From a virus, in the IMG/VR virus record IMGVR_UViG_3300046804_004848, positions 64,001-128,000 of that record: a stretch of DNA of 64,000 bases. One strand, 5' to 3'. The notes beneath the pieces were generated by a model that searched no databases, was not told where the DNA came from, and saw only the letters and a program-made list of their open reading frames with translations. The translations under genes and the position numbers were made by a program. Shown here one piece after another: positions 40,723 to 50,476 of the stretch (within the stretch, counting starts at the first letter, position 1; each line of letters starts with the position of its first letter).

Positions 40723-41094
40723 TTATTTAAAGCCTTTGAATGATTGTATTGGACTTGTTTTATTAGTGTCTTTTACTTCCAAACTACGCATATCACCTTG
40801 ATTAAAATCATGCATATCTGAACCTACCGCAGCATATGCTACTTTTAACATATCTTGTTCTTCTTTTGTATAAGGGTGAGCCGTATTATAGCGTCCCGTA
40901 TAACTTTCTGAGTCTAAAGTCACAGGCTTTGTCCCGTCTGTACAAGCAACTGCCATCATAACACGATTAAGTTCATAAATACGATCCATACCTTCAAGGT
41001 CACGAAATTTATGTAAACCACGTGATGCTTCTTTCGCACGTACAGGTGGTTCGCCAATACTGTTTTGTTCTGTTATAAATTCTTTAGCTCGCAT
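40723..41094 (-). CDS. putative internal head protein
   Basis: N-terminus MRAKEFITE. Confidence 0.65.
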   Translation of the reverse strand: MRAKEFITEQNSIGEPPVRAKEASRGLHKFRDLEGMDRIYELNRVMMAVACTDGTKPVTLDSESYTGRYNTAHPYTKEEQDMLKVAYAAVGSDMHDFNQGDMRSLEVKDTNKTSPIQSFKGFK

Positions 41095-41096
41095 AA

Positions 41097-41531
41097 TTAA
41101 TCGTCTTTTCCAATTTTGTAAGGTTTACCTTTGGGGTAAAATTCACCTTTTATTGTATTACTAGGTTTACGAATGATAGTTTGTGTCTTCAAAACTTTGG
41201 GTTCTTTAGGATTATATTGTTTTATAACAAATGGTAAATTCACTTTAGTAAGTAAATCCATAAATACCGCTTCAGTTTCAGGTGGCAAATCTGAGATTTC
41301 TTTACCAAATTTTTGATATTCTTTCTTAAACATGCGTACTAATTCACCACCTGATATGGGTGGATCGTTTTCATAACGATATAATTGGTCTAAAAAATGA
41401 CTACCAAATTTTACATCAATGCCTAATTTTTCCCATAACTTATCAGCAAAACGCTCTACTGCATCAAGCTGTTCTTTTGATAAATGGGGGCGGTCTTCCG
41501 CATCTTCCCGTAAAATTTCGTAAATTTTCAT
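41097..41531 (-). CDS. putative internal head protein
   Basis: N-terminus MKIYEILRE; F..HF.D...R pattern. Confidence 0.65.
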   Translation of the reverse strand: MKIYEILREDAEDRPHLSKEQLDAVERFADKLWEKLGIDVKFGSHFLDQLYRYENDPPISGGELVRMFKKEYQKFGKEISDLPPETEAVFMDLLTKVNLPFVIKQYNPKEPKVLKTQTIIRKPSNTIKGEFYPKGKPYKIGKDD

Positions 41532-41532
41532 A

Positions 41533-42204
41533 TTAGTCCATGTAAACGTAAGCAGTGTCACCTGCTAAAGTTGCATTAGCAGATCCTATACTTCTAATGC
41601 CTAAATCAGGATATGCGACTAAAACTTTAGCATCAAATTTGCTCAATCTTGGCTGCGGACCATCTTTGTTTATTTTAACAATGTTATAATCTTTTCCATT
41701 GTAACTTAATGTATTTCCTTTTACTGTAACATTTTGAGTGGGTTGAGCCAATGGCTGTGAATCTGATTTGTTAGTTATTGATTGTAACGCTGCTTTTGTA
41801 TCATTACCCAAATCTCTTGAACCAACATAATCAGTTGTTTCCCTACCATTAGCAACTTTTATAACTTGAAAACTATCAGCACCACTTTTAACTATAATAG
41901 TACCATCTGTAGTATCTCTTACGCCATTTAGAAATCTATTATTTGCATCTTTATAAACAATTTGTTCAAAATCATTGGCTAGAGGTTTAACTACTTGTAT
42001 CTTTGATGCATTTGCAGCAACTTGCTGTGCAAAACTTTGGCTCATAGAGCCATCTGCTTGTGGACTAACTCTTCTAGTATTGTCGCTTGCATCTGCCTTA
42101 CCAAATGCGCCCATAGCAGCTAATGCGGTAGCACCTGTAGCAGCAGCTTTGCGCCAATTAATTTCATCAACTCTATCTTCATTAATAATTTCTACGATTT
42201 TCAT
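41533..42204 (-). CDS. putative internal head protein with hydrophobic segment
   Basis: N-terminus MKIVEIINE, then an Ala-rich helix. Confidence 0.65.
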   Translation of the reverse strand: MKIVEIINEDRVDEINWRKAAATGATALAAMGAFGKADASDNTRRVSPQADGSMSQSFAQQVAANASKIQVVKPLANDFEQIVYKDANNRFLNGVRDTTDGTIIVKSGADSFQVIKVANGRETTDYVGSRDLGNDTKAALQSITNKSDSQPLAQPTQNVTVKGNTLSYNGKDYNIVKINKDGPQPRLSKFDAKVLVAYPDLGIRSIGSANATLAGDTAYVYMD

Positions 42205-42205
42205 T

Positions 42206-43123
42206 TTAAAACCCCTTGAATCCTATGACAGGACTTACTTTGTCAACATCCTTGCTTTCTTTACTACCTTTTACCCCAACTATTTTTTTGTTGTCAGGCA
42301 TACCAATTTTCTTTAATGCTGCTGCAATAATTTGATCAATATGTGGATCAAAACTTACAATAAATTCTTTATCCGAAAATACATCTAACATACCATTTTC
42401 ATCAAATGGATTAATGTCATCATCTTTACGTGCTTGTGCACCACGTGCTGCAGCAATCGCTACACCAAACTTGTATTGTAAATATGGATTACCACTATTA
42501 ATATCAGGCAATACATAAGCATGTGGCAAACTATCTGCTACTTCATGTGTTAATGACCCTTCACGACTTTCCTTCAACTTTTTTTGCTTCTTAATCCATG
42601 TATCAGGTATAACACCATGGGTTTCAACAAAGTAATCATGCAATTGTTTTGGAGTAATACTATACTTTTTAGCTATTTTCTTCATTAAACGGTCAATTGT
42701 ATCGTAATCTGTCTTGTCTAATTTGAGCAAACCTTGACGTAATTCTGCACAACATGCTCGTTCTTTACTCTCATATATGGTAGCATCCATTTTACCATAC
42801 TTACGCATCATACGTCCTGCTACAGCATTGGCTTCATCTTCTATTCTTTGTTCACGCTTTGGGTTCATCTTTGCTTTTGCTGTGCCAATTTCAAATTGTT
42901 TAGCATGAACTAATTCATGGCATAATGTACGCATAACGTCTGCTGTATTACGGTCACCAACATGCACCCATATTGTATTATTAGGTGTGGTTGAACCAAA
43001 TGTTCTATGCTTAGTCACTACTGATTTATCATCACTAAATCGTATCTGTGGCTCATTCTCAATACCTAAACGACCAATGACCCAATTCGCAAACGTAAGC
43101 AATTTTTTGTGTTTTTTATCCAT
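42206..43123 (-). CDS. HEXXH metallopeptidase-like modular protein
   Basis: RTLCHELVH...EDEAN; C-terminal module paralogous to 40723..41094. Confidence 0.7.
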   Translation of the reverse strand: MDKKHKKLLTFANWVIGRLGIENEPQIRFSDDKSVVTKHRTFGSTTPNNTIWVHVGDRNTADVMRTLCHELVHAKQFEIGTAKAKMNPKREQRIEDEANAVAGRMMRKYGKMDATIYESKERACCAELRQGLLKLDKTDYDTIDRLMKKIAKKYSITPKQLHDYFVETHGVIPDTWIKKQKKLKESREGSLTHEVADSLPHAYVLPDINSGNPYLQYKFGVAIAAARGAQARKDDDINPFDENGMLDVFSDKEFIVSFDPHIDQIIAAALKKIGMPDNKKIVGVKGSKESKDVDKVSPVIGFKGF

Positions 43124-43155
43124 TATATTATTTAGCGTTGATCATAAATATATAA

Positions 43156-44016
43156 ATGAGAGCTAGAGAATTTATTACTGAATCAAGTGATGACATTGAT
43201 GAAATGGCATTGTCCACTTACCAACCGATGGGGGATTTTGCAAAATCAGGACCATTTAATACTGTTGATAGAAGATTAGTTCCACATCCTACTAATAAGT
43301 TAAAAACACAAAAGTTTTTTGAAAAAACTCCATATGATTTTAGATTATTTTTTAGTAACATCAGTGGCACAGGCAAATATATAGAATATGGCCCAATGAC
43401 AACTGATCAAATTAGAACTATTTTTGGAAAGCAATCTGATCAAATCATTGATGGAAGTGATGACGCAATAACCGTAGTCTTTGTTGGTAATAAAGGTGAT
43501 GCTAGAGTGATGCTTACACCATGGATAATGGCACATCGTTTTGGACATGCTATACAAGCAGGTACAAGAAACAATAGAGGATGGAGTACTTGGTCAGAAG
43601 CTGAAAAGCATTTTTTTAGTGCTGTAAACAATATGCTCGCAGAATACTACAGCAGGATATCAGCAAGATTTAATACTAACTTTAGTTTAGAATTAACTCC
43701 TGAATACAATGCATTATTCAATGCTATTGGCACACAGCGCAGTAGTCGCACAGGACAAATTCGTAGACCTTATGAATTTTTGTATGAATTATTTGCACAA
43801 TATTTAGGTACAGGCACTGTAACACTAAATCCTTTACCAACTAACCTAGGATATGGGCGTAAAGTTTTTGGTAATCCAACACAGTATTTAAATATTAAAC
43901 CTGAATATCGTGATGAAAATGAACGAAAAGAAGCATCTGAACGATTAGCTAATGATATGAATTATATGTTTGATGACGTTTTAAACTCTAGTGTTGGTAA
44001 AATATTTGTAATTTAA
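43156..44016 (+). CDS. putative internal head protein, zincin-like
   Basis: MRAREFITE; WIMAHRFGH, downstream E. Confidence 0.65.
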   Translation: MRAREFITESSDDIDEMALSTYQPMGDFAKSGPFNTVDRRLVPHPTNKLKTQKFFEKTPYDFRLFFSNISGTGKYIEYGPMTTDQIRTIFGKQSDQIIDGSDDAITVVFVGNKGDARVMLTPWIMAHRFGHAIQAGTRNNRGWSTWSEAEKHFFSAVNNMLAEYYSRISARFNTNFSLELTPEYNALFNAIGTQRSSRTGQIRRPYEFLYELFAQYLGTGTVTLNPLPTNLGYGRKVFGNPTQYLNIKPEYRDENERKEASERLANDMNYMFDDVLNSSVGKIFVI

Positions 44017-44036
44017 TAAAACGAAAGCTATAATAA

Positions 44037-44798
44037 ATGAAGTTTAATGAGTTTAATATACCATCAATTGGCATAAACATACGTAGCGATGGTGACATAC
44101 ACTATGCTGATCTTATTGTAGATGGTAAAAAATATTACGAAAGTAGGCGTGGACCATCCCTTAACCCATACATAGGTAAACGTGTTGGCATCGTTCGTAC
44201 AGGTACAGGTAAGGCAGTCGCTATAGGTTCTGCTATTGTTGGCGAACCTATTGTTGTAGATGAAGAAACATTTAGAAAACTAGAGCGTAAACACCTTGTA
44301 CCACGTGATTCTAAGTTTGATATACAAAGTGGTACAACAAAATACCTATACCCTATGCTACAACCTATTAGATTTAGCCAAGAATATCCTGTTGGTCATG
44401 GAATAATAGCTAGAAAAATCATACATGAAGGTAAATTTCCATTTAAAAATAAGAACAAAATATATACATTATTAGTACAACAAACTGATAGCGGACCATT
44501 TGATGGGGGATGTGTAGTTTTTGCTCAAGCATTACAGAAAAAATATGGTGGTAAAGTGGTTGTACTAATTGCTGATACACCATATGGCAAACGTGCAGAT
44601 CATGCTGTGTTAGAATTGCCTAATGGTCAATTAATGGATGCTGATGGTATTGCTGCACCTAAAGAACTTATACAACGATTTATTAGAAATGAAAACGTAG
44701 AGTTTCCAATCATTGGATATCGTGATATTAACGATAACGATTTACCTGATGCACCACGTAATGATGAACTAGCTATACAAATAGCTAAACTATTATAA
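44037..44798 (+). CDS. ASCH-like domain plus Cys-His-Asp domain protein
   Basis: YADLIVDGKK.YESR; GGC..FA.AL, HAV, DADG. Confidence 0.6.
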   Translation: MKFNEFNIPSIGINIRSDGDIHYADLIVDGKKYYESRRGPSLNPYIGKRVGIVRTGTGKAVAIGSAIVGEPIVVDEETFRKLERKHLVPRDSKFDIQSGTTKYLYPMLQPIRFSQEYPVGHGIIARKIIHEGKFPFKNKNKIYTLLVQQTDSGPFDGGCVVFAQALQKKYGGKVVVLIADTPYGKRADHAVLELPNGQLMDADGIAAPKELIQRFIRNENVEFPIIGYRDINDNDLPDAPRNDELAIQIAKLL

Positions 44799-45047
44799 CC
44801 CCATCCAATTTCTAGGACGTTCAATCTTCATAGTTTCGTTCTTGCACTTTTCTGCAAGACTAATAGCACCAACTTTAGCACCTTCACTACCACCTTTGGC
44901 AATATCAGAGATAGCTGCCCAACAAGCAGTTTGACTCATGGTATTGTCTTTGCTAATAGCCTTAGCAGCATCATAGTATAATTGATCTTTGCTTGATGCA
45001 CATCCTGCTAATAAAACTACGAAACCAATTAATGCAATGTTTTTCAT
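44793..45047 (-). CDS. small lipoprotein
   Basis: lipobox LAGC. Confidence 0.7.
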   Translation of the reverse strand: MKNIALIGFVVLLAGCASSKDQLYYDAAKAISKDNTMSQTACWAAISDIAKGGSEGAKVGAISLAEKCKNETMKIERPRNWMGL

Positions 45048-45056
45048 AATAATTCC

Positions 45057-45245
45057 TTATTTGACTTCTCTAATTGAGCCAATTTGGTGATCTTGTAAAT
45101 TGTATTGTCTTTTCATTAGGATTTTAGCCATGTTTAAGTTTTGTGCAGTTACAGTGAATTCAACCTGCCCACTATAGCCTTGCTGCTTTACAGTGACCTT
45201 AGCCATGTACAACTTATAATCCTTTGTTATATCTGCAACTTTCAT
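45057..45245 (-). CDS. hypothetical protein
   Basis: 62-aa ORF. Confidence 0.55.
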   Translation of the reverse strand: MKVADITKDYKLYMAKVTVKQQGYSGQVEFTVTAQNLNMAKILMKRQYNLQDHQIGSIREVK

Positions 45246-45550
45246 TTTACTTCATCAAAAATCTTTTTTTGTTCAGTGTACCACTCTTGCCAACCTTCTA
45301 CTTTAGTTGAGCATTGATAATATAACGTATAATTTTCTACTACAGTTTTTAACATTTCAGTAATAGCAACCTTATCACCTTGTATGGTTTTAAGTTGCTC
45401 ACATTTTTTCATTAATTCAGGTGTGGCTTGCGGAAATTCACGTTTTACAGGAATTGGCTGTTTTTGAAATAGTGAACATCCACCCAAAGTAAACAATACC
45501 ATGATAAAACATACGGCAATCAAAAAACGAGCATCGTTGGAGATTGTCAT
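45242..45550 (-). CDS. o-spanin (Rz1-like lipoprotein)
   Basis: lipobox LGGC, P.LMKKC, N..LYYQC. Confidence 0.75.
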   Translation of the reverse strand: MTISNDARFLIAVCFIMVLFTLGGCSLFQKQPIPVKREFPQATPELMKKCEQLKTIQGDKVAITEMLKTVVENYTLYYQCSTKVEGWQEWYTEQKKIFDEVK

Positions 45551-46053
45551 TTTTTATCACCTTTTGCTGCTTCATTCATTTTAGCAGCAGTATTATGCGC
45601 ATCAATTATATCTTGTGGAATAGGACAATTTTCTACAAACTTAATGACTTCTTCAATCTTAACACGTTCAGGTCCTTCTACTGTTTTGAGAATTTCACGG
45701 TCTCTATATCTATCAACATATTTAATAATATCCTGACCTTTTTCTTTTACAATTTGAGTTTGAGTAACTACTTTTTCTTGAATTTCTACATTCTTTTGTG
45801 CAGCTTTGACTTCAGCCTCTTTAATCTTTACTTCCATTTCTTTGACTTTCATCTGCCAAATCATTTCATTAGCATATCCACCTTCAAGATAAACACCAAT
45901 AGTAAAGACTAAAATACTAATAATTTGAATGGGTAATTTATATTTGTTAACAAAAGGAATAAACCCTAGTACAAACCCTAGAATTATTCCAACAAAACCC
46001 GCAGCAAATATGGCATGAATAGCCCATTCAGGTAATAAAGATAATATCCACAT
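45547..46053 (-). CDS. i-spanin (Rz-like)
   Basis: N-terminal TMs, coiled coil, C-terminal CPIP; directly upstream of the lipoprotein. Confidence 0.72.
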   Translation of the reverse strand: MWILSLLPEWAIHAIFAAGFVGIILGFVLGFIPFVNKYKLPIQIISILVFTIGVYLEGGYANEMIWQMKVKEMEVKIKEAEVKAAQKNVEIQEKVVTQTQIVKEKGQDIIKYVDRYRDREILKTVEGPERVKIEEVIKFVENCPIPQDIIDAHNTAAKMNEAAKGDKK

Positions 46054-46081
46054 ATTGCTATTTATCGTACTAAATATTTTT

Positions 46082-47041
46082 GTGCGTAAGTTAATCAATA
46101 TACAAAAAGTACAAGAAACACCTTTTCAAAATGTTGCTTGGATTATGTCAAATCTTTGCAACTACGATTGTAGTTTTTGTTATCCAATCAATAAGCGTGG
46201 TGATATACATTTTGAAAAATTAGATGTTTATCGTAATCTTGTAGACAATATTTGTGTAGATTATACACCTACTAAGTTTATTTTCAATGGTGGAGAACCC
46301 ACATTGTACAGCAATTTGTCTGAATTATTTGAGTATATTATAGAAAAAAATGCTTCTAATCATATCAGTATGATTACTAATGGTAGTAGAACATTACGGT
46401 GGTGGCAAGAATTTACTAGCAAACCACGTATTCATGACATTATTTTTACCTATCACACAGAACAAGAAGTGTTTTTTAAAAACAATATTGATGCTTTTGT
46501 TGAAAAAATAAACCTTTTTCATAGTATGCCTGTACATGTCACAATATTATTCACTGCACCACCTACTAATTTTGAATCAACTTTTACAGCATTTGATTAT
46601 ATTCAACAGCGTGTCGGTGCAAATTGTCAACTAAAACCTATCTTAGGTTCAGAACTTTTACCTTATAGTGCAGAACAATTGCAGTTATTTCAACAATACT
46701 CAAATGTCAAAGGTAAACTAGCAGCAACCAAAGTTTACCCTAAAACATTACTAACACAAAAATCTATAGTTACTTTTGATGATAACTCTACCATTTCAAT
46801 AAGTGACCCAAAAGATTTTATGCTACAAAAACTTAATTACTTTAAAGGAATGGAATGTGATATTGGTTTAAATAGTATTGTAATTTTTGGTACAAAAATA
46901 TATCGTGGTAAATGTCGTGTAGGTGGAGAAATTGCTACGATTTACGATAAAGATATCTTTTGTAATAATTCAGTGGTTTGTGATAAAATAACGTGTTTAT
47001 GCAATCGTGACTGTTTAGAATCAAAACGTTTACTTATGTAA
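46082..47041 (+). CDS. radical SAM protein
   Basis: CNYDCSFC, GGEPT, ITNGSR, C-terminal Cys cluster. Confidence 0.88.
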   Translation: MRKLINIQKVQETPFQNVAWIMSNLCNYDCSFCYPINKRGDIHFEKLDVYRNLVDNICVDYTPTKFIFNGGEPTLYSNLSELFEYIIEKNASNHISMITNGSRTLRWWQEFTSKPRIHDIIFTYHTEQEVFFKNNIDAFVEKINLFHSMPVHVTILFTAPPTNFESTFTAFDYIQQRVGANCQLKPILGSELLPYSAEQLQLFQQYSNVKGKLAATKVYPKTLLTQKSIVTFDDNSTISISDPKDFMLQKLNYFKGMECDIGLNSIVIFGTKIYRGKCRVGGEIATIYDKDIFCNNSVVCDKITCLCNRDCLESKRLLM

Positions 47042-48247
47042 AAAATTAATAATAGTTTGTGTAATACGTTCAACTTCACCATCAGTTAATTCAGGATAAA
47101 TTGGAAGTGACAATGTATGCGCACAAAATTGCCAAGAATTCTCTAAGAAGGAACAGTTATTCTTAGCTAATCTATATCTTGATAAATTTTGTTTGTAATG
47201 TATTTTAGTCTCTATACCATGTAAAAGTAAGTATTCTTGCAAACGATCACGATTCTCTACACTAATTGCAAACTTGTTAACGCTATGATATGCATACATA
47301 CGTTCTTCTTTTGATTCACATAAGTTTGCAATATCATGTTTAGCAAATTCACGCATATAATAGGCAGCAATATCTTTTCTGCGTTGTTGCCATGCTTCAA
47401 TATACTTAGTACGTACTAAAACATGTGCACAATCAATTTCACTTAGCTTACTATTGGTTCCTAATTGTGTAGCATAAATGCTATTTTCTGAACCATTTTT
47501 GCAAATTGCTCTAATATGGTCTGCTAAATTATCATAACTAGTAACAATAACACCACCATTACCACTAGCATTTAAGTTTTTTGTAGGATCTAAACTAATT
47601 GCCATAGCGGTAGACATTTCATTTCTACCACTTAACCAATGTTGCGCACCATCTTCATATACTTTACCACCACGTATAGTAATTGTGCTCAATGCTTTAA
47701 ATCGTAAATCATTTTCTTTATAATTATTGTAATATGGTTTTGCACCATATAACCCTACAATACAAATATCATAAATGATATCAGGATTTTGTTCAACAAT
47801 TTTTGTAACTTCATCCCACTTCATCATACCATATGCGTCAACATCAACCAAAGTAACATTGTAACCATGACGAATAAAAGCATGTAATGTAGCTTTATAG
47901 CTTACATCAGGTAAAAGGATATGACTTTCTTTTTTTCTGTATGATGTTACTAATTTATTAGCTTCAGCAATAATTTCTAAAGCTTGTGTTCCACTATGCA
48001 CTGCAAATGCATGTTTATAGTGTAAATACTCACAAAAATATTCTTCTAAATCAAACTTGTGCTTACCACTAACTAGTTTACCACTTTTTAATACTTCATC
48101 AGTGACACTGAGTAATTCATCTTTAATAGATTCGTACTGTCTATCTAAACGAATAAATGGAATACTATTTTGAGAGTTTTGATTGCCAATAGGTGCTGTC
48201 TGCGAGCCACTTGTAATAGCATTCCAAACCGATTTCAAAGTCAACAT
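47030..48247 (-). CDS. DegT/DnrJ/EryC1/StrS sugar aminotransferase
   Basis: SGTQAL, EDGAQ, SLDPTKNL..GNGG, LSLPIYPEL. Confidence 0.88.
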   Translation of the reverse strand: MLTLKSVWNAITSGSQTAPIGNQNSQNSIPFIRLDRQYESIKDELLSVTDEVLKSGKLVSGKHKFDLEEYFCEYLHYKHAFAVHSGTQALEIIAEANKLVTSYRKKESHILLPDVSYKATLHAFIRHGYNVTLVDVDAYGMMKWDEVTKIVEQNPDIIYDICIVGLYGAKPYYNNYKENDLRFKALSTITIRGGKVYEDGAQHWLSGRNEMSTAMAISLDPTKNLNASGNGGVIVTSYDNLADHIRAICKNGSENSIYATQLGTNSKLSEIDCAHVLVRTKYIEAWQQRRKDIAAYYMREFAKHDIANLCESKEERMYAYHSVNKFAISVENRDRLQEYLLLHGIETKIHYKQNLSRYRLAKNNCSFLENSWQFCAHTLSLPIYPELTDGEVERITQTIINFLHK

Positions 48248-49133
48248 ATGGATTATACTCAAAGTCTATTTTAGCTAATTCTGAATTTAACTTACCCCTA
48301 CTAGGATAGTCAATGTTTTTAGGATTAATAACTATATTTCCTTTACCAACTATCTGTACCGCTAACTTGGCAGCATCATATAATGTAATTTTGTCAGATT
48401 GATTTCTAGTAAGGTTATAGGTTTTATTTACTGCGTTCTTAGAAATAGAAGCATTCGTTACACCCCATGCTACATCTTCAACATAACTAAAGTCTAATAC
48501 TTCATGCTCACCTTCTACGATTAAATCTTGTCCACGCATAGCATTGAGTAAAAACTTACTTAATACTCTATCTTCAACGTCTAATGGTCCGTACACTGCA
48601 CTTGGTCTAAGTATCGTATATTCACGTTTGTATTGCTCTGCCCATAACTTCACTAACTTTTCACCTGTTAACTTTAATGTTCCGTATATATCAATAGGGT
48701 TAGTAGGATGCGATTCATCAATAGTTCCACTCCAATTACCATATACCATACTACTACTGACATATACAAATCGTTTAACATGGTGGTTTTTACATAGTTC
48801 TAATAAGTTTAACAATCCTTCTGTTAAGGTATATGCACCATAAGTAGGATTAGCATTAACAATTTTTGAACGTGGCATTGCTGCAAGGTGTATGACAGTA
48901 TGTGGTTTAAGCATATTGAACACCATATGCAATTGTTTATCTGCAATATGAAAGTTATGTACAATGGATTTGAGTTCACTCTTACGTTCTTTAACTAGAT
49001 AGCAAAGTTCATCTTTTGGGATAAACCCATAATCAGTACAATTATCAATAATTCGTACTTCATGCTTACGCTTTTCAAATTGTCGTACGACATTATGTCC
49101 AATAAAACCTAATCCACCTGTTACAAAAATCAT
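48165..49133 (-). CDS. NAD-dependent nucleotide-sugar epimerase/dehydratase
   Basis: TGGLGFIG, SSSMVYG, YGTLK, VYGP. Confidence 0.92.
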   Translation of the reverse strand: MIFVTGGLGFIGHNVVRQFEKRKHEVRIIDNCTDYGFIPKDELCYLVKERKSELKSIVHNFHIADKQLHMVFNMLKPHTVIHLAAMPRSKIVNANPTYGAYTLTEGLLNLLELCKNHHVKRFVYVSSSMVYGNWSGTIDESHPTNPIDIYGTLKLTGEKLVKLWAEQYKREYTILRPSAVYGPLDVEDRVLSKFLLNAMRGQDLIVEGEHEVLDFSYVEDVAWGVTNASISKNAVNKTYNLTRNQSDKITLYDAAKLAVQIVGKGNIVINPKNIDYPSRGKLNSELAKIDFEYNPYVDFEIGLECYYKWLADSTYWQSKLSK

Positions 49134-49134
49134 A

Positions 49135-49428
49135 TTATTTCCATTTTAATATATATAAATCTAATGCATTATCATCAAATGCTGCACGTACAATACAACG
49201 ATAACCATAAGTTTCAACATCAATCATTATTGCGTATACCATATCACTACTATGTTGTTTGACCCATTTACCTTTTTCAGTAGTCAACCACTCACCCAAA
49301 GGTATAGATGCATATAATTCAGGATCTTCTACATCACCCATCCGAAAACTACAAACCTCAACATAAGTGACATTTTGCATTAGATGCGCCACTTTGCCAT
49401 TAGTAGGTTCAAGTAAGTTTTTAATCAT
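49135..49428 (-). CDS. hypothetical protein
   Basis: FRMGDVEDPELYA motif. Confidence 0.6.
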   Translation of the reverse strand: MIKNLLEPTNGKVAHLMQNVTYVEVCSFRMGDVEDPELYASIPLGEWLTTEKGKWVKQHSSDMVYAIMIDVETYGYRCIVRAAFDDNALDLYILKWK

Positions 49429-50104
49429 TGGTAACCAATTCTGTTGCCATAGGAAAGACACTTGCGATTACCTTTGCGACTTCTTCTGCGATTAATTGAT
49501 GCTCTTTTTGTGTACCATTACCACTGCGTAGCTCAATGAAGTGTACCCACGAACGAATAGTCCCACTCATGTAAAGTCTGCTTTCCATCAATCCTTCGGG
49601 CAATACTGCACGTGCTTGTTCTTTAGCAATGCCATTATTTACTGCCCATGTATAAGCATTTTTTGCTGAGACAATAACTTCAAGTTGTTTAAGTGCCCAT
49701 TCTTCTTGCAATATACCATGTTCAACAGTATTTTCTAATTCAATACTATTTTGACGGTTTTTGGTGTCTTGTAAACGTGCCTCACGTACGACAAAATTTA
49801 AATCTTTAGTTGGGTCTGCATAACGTTGTGAGAATTCTTGAAAACTAAAACTACGGTGTCTTAGAATTTGTCTAGCAATATCACGTGTGGTTGTGATTTC
49901 CATACATGCACTGACCATTTCTAATGGTGACCAATGTGCGTTTTTAATAAGATAACGTATTAATTTTTCGCTAGTTTCAGTATTAAGTTGGTTAGATGGA
50001 TTACTAACTCTAGCGCAATATGCAATTAAATCTTGGGCATCTTCAATACCAAGATTTTTAAATTCTTCTGTTGGCTGTGAGTAAGATAATAATTTTACAT
50101 TCAT
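49421..50104 (-). CDS. thyX: flavin-dependent thymidylate synthase
   Basis: HWSPLE, RHRSFSFQEFSQRY, EQARAVLP. Confidence 0.96.
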   Translation of the reverse strand: MNVKLLSYSQPTEEFKNLGIEDAQDLIAYCARVSNPSNQLNTETSEKLIRYLIKNAHWSPLEMVSACMEITTTRDIARQILRHRSFSFQEFSQRYADPTKDLNFVVREARLQDTKNRQNSIELENTVEHGILQEEWALKQLEVIVSAKNAYTWAVNNGIAKEQARAVLPEGLMESRLYMSGTIRSWVHFIELRSGNGTQKEHQLIAEEVAKVIASVFPMATELVTND

Positions 50105-50171
50105 GTTTGATCCTTTTAATCATGTATTATACATATACATTTTATAAAATCAAACATGAACTTATCTAAGT

Positions 50172-50468
50172 TTAAAGATTTTTCAGTAGATCATCAGTAG
50201 TAGGTTGTACAGTTTCTGCTATATTTTCTATATCAAGCACAAACTCAATACTAATCATTTCATCATCAAGCTCACGTAATTTATCAGCGATAATTTCTTC
50301 TACCTCATCAGGATCATGTCCTGACTTAATAAGTGACTGAATATTTAACGTACGTTGTTTTCTACCTTCCAATCGTACAACTAATTTCTTTATAAACTGT
50401 ACAGGAATTTTAATCTTGTCAACGTCATCAACAATTTGTTCCCATTTTTGGAAAATTTCGGGTGACAT
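50172..50468 (-). CDS. hypothetical protein
   Basis: 98-aa ORF. Confidence 0.65.
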   Translation of the reverse strand: MSPEIFQKWEQIVDDVDKIKIPVQFIKKLVVRLEGRKQRTLNIQSLIKSGHDPDEVEEIIADKLRELDDEMISIEFVLDIENIAETVQPTTDDLLKNL

Positions 50469-50476
50469 GATTTAAT

